A model generated the notes under the pieces. It was not told the origin of the DNA and searched no databases. It was given only the letters and a program-made list of their open reading frames with translations. Made by a program: the position numbers and the translations under genes. Source: Salinispira sp. (lineage in GTDB: Bacteria > Spirochaetota > Spirochaetia > DSM-27196 > Salinispiraceae). From it: DNA of 64,000 bases. The DNA lies in the NCBI GenBank assembly GCA_965602015.1, contig OZ271918.1, positions 576,001-640,000 on the forward strand, in the 5' to 3' direction. This document shows, piece after piece, positions 37,053-45,794 of this stretch (within the stretch, counting starts at the first letter, position 1; each line of letters opens with the position of its first letter).

Positions 37053-38570
37053 ATGAATTTCAAAAAACTGGGGTTGATCCCTGAACTGTGCAAAGCCGTT
37101 GAACAGCGCGGATATGATGAACCCACCCCGATTCAGACCCAGGCTATCCCTGCCATCCTCGATGGAAGAGATGTTATGGGCGGAGCTCAAACCGGTACGG
37201 GCAAAACCGCCGCCTTCGCCCTCCCGATTCTGCAACAACTCATCGAACACCGGGGTGGAGCCCCAAGAGCCCTGGTGATAACTCCCACACGAGAACTGGC
37301 GGATCAGGTAGCAGAGAGCTACACGGCCTACGGCCGCCATCTGCGGGTACGCACCCTGAAGATTTACGGCGGCCTTCCCATGGCCCAGCAGATTCGCCTC
37401 CTCGAACAGGGTAGCGATATTCTGGTGGCAACTCCGGGACGCCTTATGGATCACCTGGGACAGAACACCGTTGATCTATCGCAGGTTCGTACCTTGGTGC
37501 TCGATGAGGCCGACCGAATGCTTGATATGGGTTTTATTAACGACATTAAAAAGATTATCCGTGCGTTGCCTGCTCATACCCGGCAAACCCTCCTGTTTTC
37601 CGCAACCTACGCCAAGGAAGTGGAAAAGCTCGCGCTATCCATTCTCAGCAATCCGGTCAGGATTGAAACTGCTCCCAGGAACGCGGCTGCAGCGGAAGTG
37701 CGGCAGGTCATTTATCCGGTCGACAGGGGACGGCGCACCGAGCTTCTTATCCACCTGATCCGGGAAAATGCCTGGTATCAGGTGCTGATTTTTGTCCGTA
37801 CCAAGCACGGCGCCGACCGTCTGGCAAAAAAACTGCACAAGGCGGGTATTCCCTGCGCCGCAATTCACGGAGACAAACGCCAGGGATCGAGAACCAGGGC
37901 GCTTGAGAACTTTAAAACAGGAGACCTCCAGGCGCTCATCGCCACGGATATAGCGGCCAGAGGGATAGATTTGACGGACCTCGGACATGTAGTAAATTAT
38001 GACCTGCCTCAGCAAGCCGAGGACTACATCCATCGAATCGGAAGAACCGGACGGGCGGGAAAATCCGGCGAGGCAATCTCCCTTGTCTCACCGGAGGAAG
38101 GAAAAAAGCTTTCGGATATCGAACGCATACTCGGTTCAGCAGTGAACCGCCAAACCATACGCGGTTTCGAGCCTACACATGCAGCCGCCGATTTTGATCA
38201 AGAGCTTAACACCCGCGACAACGAGAACAGCGAGAGTAGAATGTCCCGCGACAGTGATAAGCGCGAGAGCAGAATGTGCCGCGACAGTGATAACCCGTCA
38301 AACAGAAAACCTCGCGACAAGAAAAAGAGCGAAAACAGAGGACCCCGCAGAAACCGCAGCCGGGGAACACAAAAAACCAGCGACAGCGGCTTCCAGGAAA
38401 ATGGAAAAAACCGCGACAGCGCATACCGGGGAAGCAGAGAAACCAGCGACAGCGCGGATCGATCAGAACGCAAGGGCCACAGAACTGGTCATAAGGCCGA
38501 CGGTCAACGAAAAGCTGATAACGGGAGGCCTGGACCCACCGAACGTAATCGACGCAGACGCCGGGGATAG
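37053..38570 (+). CDS. rhlE: DEAD-box RNA helicase (RhlE-like)
   Basis: PTPIQ, AQTGTGKT, PTRELA, TPGRL, DEAD, SAT, HRIGRTGRAG and a basic disordered tail. Confidence 0.9.
   Translation: MNFKKLGLIPELCKAVEQRGYDEPTPIQTQAIPAILDGRDVMGGAQTGTGKTAAFALPILQQLIEHRGGAPRALVITPTRELADQVAESYTAYGRHLRVRTLKIYGGLPMAQQIRLLEQGSDILVATPGRLMDHLGQNTVDLSQVRTLVLDEADRMLDMGFINDIKKIIRALPAHTRQTLLFSATYAKEVEKLALSILSNPVRIETAPRNAAAAEVRQVIYPVDRGRRTELLIHLIRENAWYQVLIFVRTKHGADRLAKKLHKAGIPCAAIHGDKRQGSRTRALENFKTGDLQALIATDIAARGIDLTDLGHVVNYDLPQQAEDYIHRIGRTGRAGKSGEAISLVSPEEGKKLSDIERILGSAVNRQTIRGFEPTHAAADFDQELNTRDNENSESRMSRDSDKRESRMCRDSDNPSNRKPRDKKKSENRGPRRNRSRGTQKTSDSGFQENGKNRDSAYRGSRETSDSADRSERKGHRTGHKADGQRKADNGRPGPTERNRRRRRG
38213..38294 (+). 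repeat. In-frame 33-bp tandem repeat (about 2.5 copies) in the helicase tail
   Basis: CCGCGACA... units start at 38213, 38246 and 38279, encoding RDNENSESRMS / RDSDKRESRMC / RDSDN. Confidence 0.85.
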
Positions 38571-38674
38571 GTGGCACTAACAAAAGATCCCTATGCAATG
38601 TAGAAGTCCGGCCGTATATTTGCTGGGGAGCTGCTGCTATCATCGGCTCCCAATCCGCATTGGAGGGTACAATC

Positions 38675-39574
38675 ATGGGCAATTTACGAGCATGGCTTCA
38701 AGCTTCACGTCTCCCGTCCCAGACTTACATCGCATTCCCGATATTGGCCGGCCAAATGGCAGCCTTCGCAATAACCGGAAACTGGAGCTGGATGGGTTTT
38801 TTTCTTGCGCAGCTCTTTGGGATTTTCGATCAACTCTACATCGTATACGCCAATGATTGGGCTGATGTGGAAACCGATTCGGCAAATGAGACCTTCAATA
38901 TGTTTTCCGGAGGATCGCGGGTGGTGGTCGACGGGATGATCAGCCGGAAGGCACTTGGTATTGCTGCCATATTTATGGCAACGCTTTCTGTGGTCGTCGG
39001 TGGGCTGATTTCCCTGATCCAGTTTTCTGCCTTGCCGCTTGCTTTTTCTATTCTCGGCGTGCTGCTCTTGTGGGGGTACAGTTATCCCCCTTTAAAGTTG
39101 AGCTACCGGGGTGGCGGCGAGTTTCTGCAGATGCTTGGGGTCGGCGGAGTATTGCCCCTGCTCGGGTTTATGGCCCAAGGTGGTAGCTTTGAATCTTTCC
39201 CGCTTATGCTCCTCGCAGTTAGCCTGCCAATCTCCTTGGCCTGCGGCATGGCCACGAGCATCCCCGATGAACCCTCCGACCGCAGCTCCGAAAAGCGTAC
39301 TGCAAGCGTAATCCTCGGAGCCGTCCCGGTGCAAATGCCTATTATTATTCTGGCGATCTTTAGTATTTTTTTATGGATAGCGGCGCCCATGGTTCTGCAG
39401 CCCGCGTTAGCCCTGCGATTGGCTGCCGGAGCCCTTCCACTGGTCCTGCTTACGGGCTCATTGTTCTCCTACGGCGGAAAAGCCGGCAGCGGTAAGCTCA
39501 ACCGCTTCGTCACACTTTTGGTGGCCTCAAACGTTACCTTCTTTCTCGGAATCAGTGTGGTATTACTTTTTTGA
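38675..39574 (+). CDS. menA: UbiA-family prenyltransferase, MenA-like
   Basis: ASR..S, NDWAD..TD...FSGGSR, YSYPP.KL.YRG.GE, PD..SD...KRT. Confidence 0.7.
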   Translation: MGNLRAWLQASRLPSQTYIAFPILAGQMAAFAITGNWSWMGFFLAQLFGIFDQLYIVYANDWADVETDSANETFNMFSGGSRVVVDGMISRKALGIAAIFMATLSVVVGGLISLIQFSALPLAFSILGVLLLWGYSYPPLKLSYRGGGEFLQMLGVGGVLPLLGFMAQGGSFESFPLMLLAVSLPISLACGMATSIPDEPSDRSSEKRTASVILGAVPVQMPIIILAIFSIFLWIAAPMVLQPALALRLAAGALPLVLLTGSLFSYGGKAGSGKLNRFVTLLVASNVTFFLGISVVLLF

Positions 39575-39587
39575 TATCAACGGGTGA

Positions 39588-39812
39588 TTATCGGCGTTCA
39601 TTTCCGTGTTTAAACTGGCCGGTCTCCTTGGCCAGGAATAGTTGTATTTGGAACAGGTCTGCTGATTCAATTATTTTTTGAAATTTAATTGCAGAACTGC
39701 CGTGAATGGTTTTTATCAGCCTCCCATTATATTGGATCTGGAACTTGCCGTCCTTGAGTTGCTTGTATTGGAATGGTTGCTTTTCGAGTAAGATTCTGCG
39801 TCGGTCTTCCAT
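39588..39812 (-). CDS. Small conserved hypothetical protein
   Basis: About 74 aa ending QLFLAKETGQFKHGNER. RBS GGAG. Confidence 0.65.
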   Translation of the reverse strand: MEDRRRILLEKQPFQYKQLKDGKFQIQYNGRLIKTIHGSSAIKFQKIIESADLFQIQLFLAKETGQFKHGNERR

Positions 39813-39934
39813 TTTCTTTTCTCCGCCTGCCTTATCACTATGTCCATAATAGCAGGAAGCACGCAAACACTATACAGATGGATAAGCTGGAAACGTGGTT
39901 GAGGATGCAGTACAGTAATTGAAGGGAGAAAACC

Positions 39935-40915
39935 ATGAAACGATTAATTATCGCCCTGTCTTTTACTGCCTTCCTTCTTCTTTCCGCATGCGAACTGTTC
40001 AACAATCTCACGGATATTGTTCCACCCGACCCGGTGACGGGATTGGGGTTCGAAGATAATTTTACTTCCGGTACTTTGAGCTGGACCAGGTCATTCAGCA
40101 GCGACGTTAAAAACCTTGAGCTCAGCTGGACAGGCCAAGCTGAACCGGTGCTATTGTCAAACAGCGATGAGAACTACACCATTGAAGGGCTGATTCCTGC
40201 GACTGAATACACCTTCTCACTCGTTGTAATCGATGAAGCTGATAATCGATCGACTCCTTCAGAAATCACCGTCCCCATGGGTGGTATCAATGCAACCGAA
40301 GTCATATTTTTTGATGATTTCGATGACAGCAATTGGGACAGTTCTTCATGGGATGTCAGGGGCGGGGGAACCGCACCTGTGGAATCGAACGGTGTTCTCC
40401 GGATTTCCGGAGCATTTTCCCTCTTGATGCATTTTGATCAGGTGCTTGGTGCGGGAAGCGACGTGAGCATCATGCTTGGCATGTATGTCGAGGATAGCAA
40501 CGGCGACGGCGATACCTATGCCACGACGCTTGAAATTGCCGAACCCAGTGCAAGTGCGGAGTTGCTCGCAGAAGATCATGAACTGATCAGCTTTTATGCC
40601 TTTACCGGTACATTTAATTATTTCGACGGGACCAATCCGAATCCTGTTGAGATCGGAAGTAATTCCAGGGTTTCAGCTGGCACCGAACAATACGAGTTTC
40701 ATTGGGACTCAAGCGGTATCTCCTACAGACTAAACGGAACAGAGGTCGGTGCTGCCGCCATGACTGATTTATTCGGAGCGTATTTTTCCGATCCCGCTTT
40801 TTCGTACAGCGGTGGATATGTGGCATCGTATAATGACGGATTCAAGTTTCTGCTAAACCATTTAGTGGCGGATACAACGGAGATCGATTACATCCTTATT
40901 TATCAGCCCGAATAG
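39935..40915 (+). CDS. Lipoprotein with fibronectin type III and a beta-sandwich domain
   Basis: Lipobox LSAC, PP.PVT.L, LSW, YTIEGL.PATEYTFSL...D.A.N.S, FFDDFD. Confidence 0.75.
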   Translation: MKRLIIALSFTAFLLLSACELFNNLTDIVPPDPVTGLGFEDNFTSGTLSWTRSFSSDVKNLELSWTGQAEPVLLSNSDENYTIEGLIPATEYTFSLVVIDEADNRSTPSEITVPMGGINATEVIFFDDFDDSNWDSSSWDVRGGGTAPVESNGVLRISGAFSLLMHFDQVLGAGSDVSIMLGMYVEDSNGDGDTYATTLEIAEPSASAELLAEDHELISFYAFTGTFNYFDGTNPNPVEIGSNSRVSAGTEQYEFHWDSSGISYRLNGTEVGAAAMTDLFGAYFSDPAFSYSGGYVASYNDGFKFLLNHLVADTTEIDYILIYQPE

Positions 40916-40979
40916 GCACCCGAGGCAAACGGTTTCTAGCTCGGTAATATATTTCGATTGAAATCGAGATATCCACGAT

Positions 40980-41450
40980 TTATTTCACTCTCTTCTCGAT
41001 GGTATTCGAGTTTTCCCTCAGGATGGCACTCATGCCCGTCAGGAATCTATTAATTACCTCAAGCTCGTCCTGCGAGAAATTTGATACATGATTTCGATTG
41101 TCGTTCTGAATACTCTGAACCATATCAAACGCCACCTCGCTAAACCCCGAATCAATTTCCACAATTACCGACCTGCGATCGTTGGGATCGGGTTTTCTAC
41201 GGATGAACTGGCGGGCTTCCAGGCGGTCCAGCATTATCGTAGTGGCTCCTGAACTCAGTCCGGTAAATCGGGAGATCTCCGTCGGCTTGCTAACCTGCCC
41301 GAGCCCCAATGCGGTAAGGCATAGCGATTCTGTCAGGGAAAGCGCGAGTTTTTTTGCCATGGCGTTTCGAAACATGGTTGTTTCTATTCCAAACTCTGCA
41401 ACTGAATCTAGTACGGTTTCGTAAAGCGTTTTAATCGGATCCATATTCAT
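40980..41450 (-). CDS. MarR family regulator
   Basis: GLSSGATT..LDRLE...FIRR..DPNDRRSV. Confidence 0.92.
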   Translation of the reverse strand: MNMDPIKTLYETVLDSVAEFGIETTMFRNAMAKKLALSLTESLCLTALGLGQVSKPTEISRFTGLSSGATTIMLDRLEARQFIRRKPDPNDRRSVIVEIDSGFSEVAFDMVQSIQNDNRNHVSNFSQDELEVINRFLTGMSAILRENSNTIEKRVK

Positions 41451-41452
41451 CC

Positions 41453-41494
41453 TTGACAGTAACTTTGTTATAAAGTATCTTAAAAATCAAGATA
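41453..41494 (+). promoter_or_regulatory. Sigma70 promoter with overlapping palindromic operator
   Basis: TTGACA-N17-TATCTT, with TATCTT-N7-AAGATA inverted repeat over the -10, between divergent marR and DUF1801 genes. Confidence 0.7.
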
Positions 41495-41523
41495 AAAGTC
41501 AATCATACTCAGGAGGTACGTTT

Positions 41524-41967
41524 ATGACTGATGAAAAAAACACCGGTTTTTCTGATTTCGAAAAGGCCGCCATGAAACAGAGGGCGCAAGAGCTCGCGGC
41601 AGAAGCTAAACCTTCCAAAAAGCGAATCGAGGGAGAGCAGGCTGTTCTGAAGGCTATTGAGGAAATGTCAGGGTCAGACAAAGAAATCGCTGAGAAGATA
41701 CATGCATTGGCCAGCGAACTTACGCCGAATTTGTGGCCCAAAACATGGTATGGGTTTCCGGCATACTCGAAGGAAGGAAAAAAGGTCGTCTTCTTCTATC
41801 AATCGGCGGAAAAAGGAGAAGAACGATATGCCACCATCGGATTCACCGGTCTGGCGAAACTTGATGACGGTAATATGTGGCCCAGCTCCTATGCCATCGA
41901 AAAGATAGGCCCTCAAGAGGAGCAATTGCTCAGGGAGTTACTCATCAAGGCAAATTCAATACAGTAA
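41524..41967 (+). CDS. DUF1801 family protein
   Basis: EKAAMKQRAQEL, P.L.PKTWYG.PAY, RYATIGF...A.LDDG.MWP. Confidence 0.85.
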   Translation: MTDEKNTGFSDFEKAAMKQRAQELAAEAKPSKKRIEGEQAVLKAIEEMSGSDKEIAEKIHALASELTPNLWPKTWYGFPAYSKEGKKVVFFYQSAEKGEERYATIGFTGLAKLDDGNMWPSSYAIEKIGPQEEQLLRELLIKANSIQ

Positions 41968-42115
41968 GGGGGAAGGTTTGCGATACATCTATATCGGCGT
42001 TGTATAGATTTTATGTCAGGTTGGGGAAACCATGGGTATTCTCGGATTCATCCTCGTGGATGATTGGGCTATCCTTGCGGTATCTCCATGAGTATCTTCA
42101 TCTCGGGAGGTATAT

Positions 42116-42625
42116 ATGTTCCGCATCGTACCAAAGAGTACATTTTCCCCGGGAGGAACCGGGCAAAATCTGTTTCCGACGGTTTCCGGCAGTAATCTCC
42201 TGCGCGAGGAGATGGAGTTTCCCCGCGATTTTGGTAAGGACATAAACCTGGTGTTTGTTCCCTTCCTACAGCGCCAACAGTATGATGTAAACTCCTGGCT
42301 TCCCTTCACCGGGGAACTGGAACTGAAATATCCTCAGCTTACCCATTATGAGTTTCCAACGATTGACGATTATTCAGCCATAGCGAGGACATTTATCAAC
42401 GAAGGAATGCGGGCAGGCATAGCGGACCCGGATACCCGCTATCGCACGGTCACCCTCTATATCGACCTTCGGGGGTTTATGAAAACCCTCGGAATCCCGG
42501 ACAACAGCGAGATACATGTATTTCTGGTTTCTAAATCAGGGGAAATACTCTGGCGCTGTGCCGGCTCATTTACCCGGGACAAGGGTGATGAGCTCATGGA
42601 TTTTATTGCCTCCCTGAAGAGCTGA
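42116..42625 (+). CDS. Thioredoxin-fold (ATP10-like) hypothetical protein
   Basis: FPTVSG.NL, Q.DV.SW, FI..GMR.GI, FLV...G.ILW...G. Confidence 0.6.
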   Translation: MFRIVPKSTFSPGGTGQNLFPTVSGSNLLREEMEFPRDFGKDINLVFVPFLQRQQYDVNSWLPFTGELELKYPQLTHYEFPTIDDYSAIARTFINEGMRAGIADPDTRYRTVTLYIDLRGFMKTLGIPDNSEIHVFLVSKSGEILWRCAGSFTRDKGDELMDFIASLKS

Positions 42626-42718
42626 TTGCAGCATTGCCCCGTAAGCCGCCAAATCAGCTGTTTTCGGGGCACTCACAAAAGGTTTGACTAGCCGTTGTGA
42701 TGTACTATTTTCTATCAC

Positions 42719-43243
42719 ATGCTACTGTATACGTTCCGATTCGCCGAGAAGTATCCCGATGATCAACTTCGGTTGAGAATTCTCGCCGCATTTGCGGAAT
42801 TCGGCCCCGGTATCCTGACAAATGAAAGCATAGGTATTTGGGGGCCCCCGGCCGGAACACCCGAGCACTCTGATATTATGATTTATCTCGGGACACAAGA
42901 AGACCCGGACTCCATCGGTGCAGATATCTGCATTTCAGAGGCTGATCCAAGGAAGATTTGGGCCGGCATCATGGCTGTTGCATCGGGACTTAGTAAGACA
43001 GTAGATCCAAAGCTGACAGCCGATGCTCGTGGATTGGAAGCGGCTGTCATGCCCAGTCCTCGTGAGAGGGAAGTCCTGGAGCTTCTTGCCGACGGTGAGA
43101 CCAACAAAGCCGCAGCCGACATGCTTCATCTTTCGATTTCCACGGTAAAATTCCATATCAGAAACCTCATGGATAAAACCGGTACGGCTTCCCGGGCTGA
43201 GCTGGTGGCCGAATCCATTCGGCGGGGCTGGATTGGCATTTAA
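42719..43243 (+). CDS. LuxR/NarL-type HTH regulator with degenerate N-terminal domain
   Basis: SPREREVLELLADG.TNK..A..L.LS..TVKFHI. Confidence 0.88.
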   Translation: MLLYTFRFAEKYPDDQLRLRILAAFAEFGPGILTNESIGIWGPPAGTPEHSDIMIYLGTQEDPDSIGADICISEADPRKIWAGIMAVASGLSKTVDPKLTADARGLEAAVMPSPREREVLELLADGETNKAAADMLHLSISTVKFHIRNLMDKTGTASRAELVAESIRRGWIGI

Positions 43244-43339
43244 GATCGGCGGCGCCATAGCCAAGTGATCAGCAGGCTATACTGGATAGCGCGCATGGTG
43301 CCTGTTCTATGGAAGCAAATGTCTCCCGCCCGCCGCCAC

Positions 43340-43355
43340 CTGACCAAATGGCCAG
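43340..43355. promoter_or_regulatory. Putative operator upstream of the protease gene
   Basis: Imperfect palindrome CTGACCAAATGGCCAG (12/16 self-complementary). Confidence 0.45.
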
Positions 43356-43403
43356 CTATCCAGATCTTCATGAGAGGATTACCTTCTTACTACGGAGGTC
43401 ATT

Positions 43404-44240
43404 ATGGAAGGACAATCAGTATTTAAATCGGCAGCGCCCTGGGTTTATGGCGTTCTTGAAAACAATCATCCCCGGGTTTCTGCCCTGCACATAGAAAAGG
43501 GGCTGTTGGCAACGGTCTCTCATCCCCTCGAAGACCCCAAGGCGATCAGTATTGTCACTGGAGACGGGAAAACGGTCTCGGCTGAGGTTCTCGGCTGGGA
43601 TAATCGCTATGATGTTGCTTTTCTCCAGGCGGAAATACCCGATGTCCCCGGAGATATTGGCAATATCACTGAGCTTGAACCCGGCCAGAGCATCTATAGC
43701 CTGGGCATGGATGCCAGGGGCTTGCGCATTCACCAAGGTCTGGTAGCTCAGGTTTCGCCTCGAAGGGATTTGCCTATGGGAGGAATCCTGGAGCCGGCGG
43801 TCGAAGTTGACGGCAGCCTAAGTCATAGTATGAGCGGGGGAGGGCTCTTCGGTTCGGATGCCAAACCCTATGGAATGAACTCCCTTCTGCCCCGGGACCG
43901 GGGTATGACTTTGGACATGCCATTACTCCAGCGCTTGGCGGCCGAGATTCGTCAACGGGGAAGTGCAAAACCGGGATTTCTCGGTGTGGTAAGTGTAGAA
44001 GCCCGGACCGGCGACGGCAGAAAAGGGCTCATAATAACCGAGGTGCGACGGGATTCACCGGCTCACAAGGGCGGATTAAAGACCGGGGACATTATCCTCA
44101 CTATCGCCGGCGAGAGCACTGAATCCTCAGCTGACTTGTTCCGCATTTTGCGCAGGATGAGCCAGGGTGAAGAAGCAAAAATCCTCATTCTTCGGGGTGA
44201 GAGTGAGCAGACTATCACAATAGCTCTCGGGAGCCGATAA
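43404..44240 (+). CDS. Trypsin-like S1C serine protease with PDZ domain, no signal peptide
   Basis: TVSH, D..YDVA.L, MSGG.L, GFLGV, SPA.KGGL..GDII. Confidence 0.8.
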   Translation: MEGQSVFKSAAPWVYGVLENNHPRVSALHIEKGLLATVSHPLEDPKAISIVTGDGKTVSAEVLGWDNRYDVAFLQAEIPDVPGDIGNITELEPGQSIYSLGMDARGLRIHQGLVAQVSPRRDLPMGGILEPAVEVDGSLSHSMSGGGLFGSDAKPYGMNSLLPRDRGMTLDMPLLQRLAAEIRQRGSAKPGFLGVVSVEARTGDGRKGLIITEVRRDSPAHKGGLKTGDIILTIAGESTESSADLFRILRRMSQGEEAKILILRGESEQTITIALGSR

Positions 44241-44245
44241 ACCCG

Positions 44246-44416
44246 GTGCTCGATTCTCGCCAGGGGCTTGATCACCGGGGATTCGCCGATCACGGGGGAT
44301 CGTTCCCCATCACGGTGCAGGGTACCGGCGTGGTAGCTGCGATTACCGTTTCCGGGCTTCCTCAAGAAGATGACCACGCCCTGGTTGTGGAGGTGCTTGG
44401 CGCTTTTTGTCTCTGA
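44246..44416 (+). pseudogene. 3' fragment of a UPF0303 / heme-degrading (GlcG/HbpS-fold) gene
   Basis: Reads GLDHRGFADHGGSFPITVQGTGVVAAITVSGLPQEDDHALVVEVL*. The N-terminal two-thirds are missing. Confidence 0.78.
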
Positions 44417-44448
44417 AACCCCTGGCTTGTGGTCGGGAGCGAAACACA

Positions 44449-45711
44449 TTATTCGCCTAGGCCTGCATACTCCCGGGCTACAGCATCTAGAGCATCTTCA
44501 GGTGACAATTCTCCTCTCCAGGCCAGAGTATAATATTCACTGAGGATTGTGTTCATTGTCACGGTTTGGGGGTGCACGGGCTTCGCAACCCCAAAATCCA
44601 GTTGACCTTTGAATGCCGAAATAATCGGGTTTTCCTGAACCTCCGGGATGTCATACGTTGAGGAGCGGGTAGGGAGCAGGTTTGCCTCCAATGCAAATCT
44701 GGCTTGATTTCCCGGGCTGGTGAGGAACTGTATAAACTCATAAATCTCCTGCGGGTAGCGCGCTGTTGAAGATATTACATAGTGGTGACCGCCCAGCGGG
44801 CTCGCCTTGATGCCCGACGGACCTTCGGGCAACGGGGCAATGCCAAGATTATCCGGGTCTGAGAAGGCATTGAGAACCGATGCAGTTGCCCAGGGACCGT
44901 TTATAATCATGCCGACTTCTCCGTTCTGGAATGCCTCTAGAATGTAGGAATAATCCGAGGCGAGATCCGGCAGTTCGGGAAACAGCGAACCTTTGTTCTG
45001 TACGATGTACTCGAGGGCTGCCAGTGAATCATCATTATTGATAAGAATCGTGCCGTCGGGAGCCATCATTCCGCCGCCAAAACTAAAGACAAAGGCGAGA
45101 AACCAATGCCCCTGGCTACCCCGGAGCATGAACCCTTCCTTGCCGGTCGCAGATTTGATATCAGACGCTATGGTTTCCAGTTCGCTTAGAGTTCGCGGAG
45201 GGTTCGTGTGGCCCGATTCGGAGAGAAGGTGCTTGTTGAAGAACAATCCTAAAACATCGGTCACCTGGGGTATACCGTAAATGCCGCCGTCGTATCTGCC
45301 TGAGGCAAGGGTCTGAGGCAGAAAATCGCTCAGGTCACCGTCCCCGATAAACGGGGATAACTCCAGTAAGTAGCCTTGGTCAACCAGCCCGGCAATCCAC
45401 GATATTTCTGCACGGAAGAGTTCAGGAGGATTTCCCGCGCTACTGGCAAGAATATAGCTGTCCAGAGCATCGTAGAAACTAACATTTCTCACCGTGATGT
45501 CCACATCCGGGTTTATTTCGCGATACTCGTCAACCATGGCGTTTAGTATCATCGACTCTTCAACGTTCATGGTATGATGAAACTCAAACGAAACCTGTCT
45601 CTGAAACCCCTCGCCAGAGTCATTACACGAACCGAGACCGAGGGACAACACCAAGACAAAAGCCGCCGCTGACCATATTCGCACGTGAAGGGGTTTAATC
45701 GATTTATTCAT
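44449..45711 (-). CDS. Sugar-binding (family 1) ABC substrate-binding lipoprotein
   Basis: Lipobox LGSC, YGIPQ..D...LF.NK, PP.T..EL, F..G..GM.INGPW. Confidence 0.88.
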   Translation of the reverse strand: MNKSIKPLHVRIWSAAAFVLVLSLGLGSCNDSGEGFQRQVSFEFHHTMNVEESMILNAMVDEYREINPDVDITVRNVSFYDALDSYILASSAGNPPELFRAEISWIAGLVDQGYLLELSPFIGDGDLSDFLPQTLASGRYDGGIYGIPQVTDVLGLFFNKHLLSESGHTNPPRTLSELETIASDIKSATGKEGFMLRGSQGHWFLAFVFSFGGGMMAPDGTILINNDDSLAALEYIVQNKGSLFPELPDLASDYSYILEAFQNGEVGMIINGPWATASVLNAFSDPDNLGIAPLPEGPSGIKASPLGGHHYVISSTARYPQEIYEFIQFLTSPGNQARFALEANLLPTRSSTYDIPEVQENPIISAFKGQLDFGVAKPVHPQTVTMNTILSEYYTLAWRGELSPEDALDAVAREYAGLGE

Positions 45712-45794
45712 AAGCGTTCCTGAATACAGTGTATGCCAGACTTACCCGCAAAATCAAATTGCCCGGACTGGTACTTTTCAGGTTAGAATAGGGC

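Noticed and set aside
38675..39574. Carotenoid elongase linked to the rhodopsin
   Set aside because: Motifs (GGSR, YRG.GE) fit MenA-like prenyltransferases, and a terminator and helicase gene separate it from the rhodopsin.
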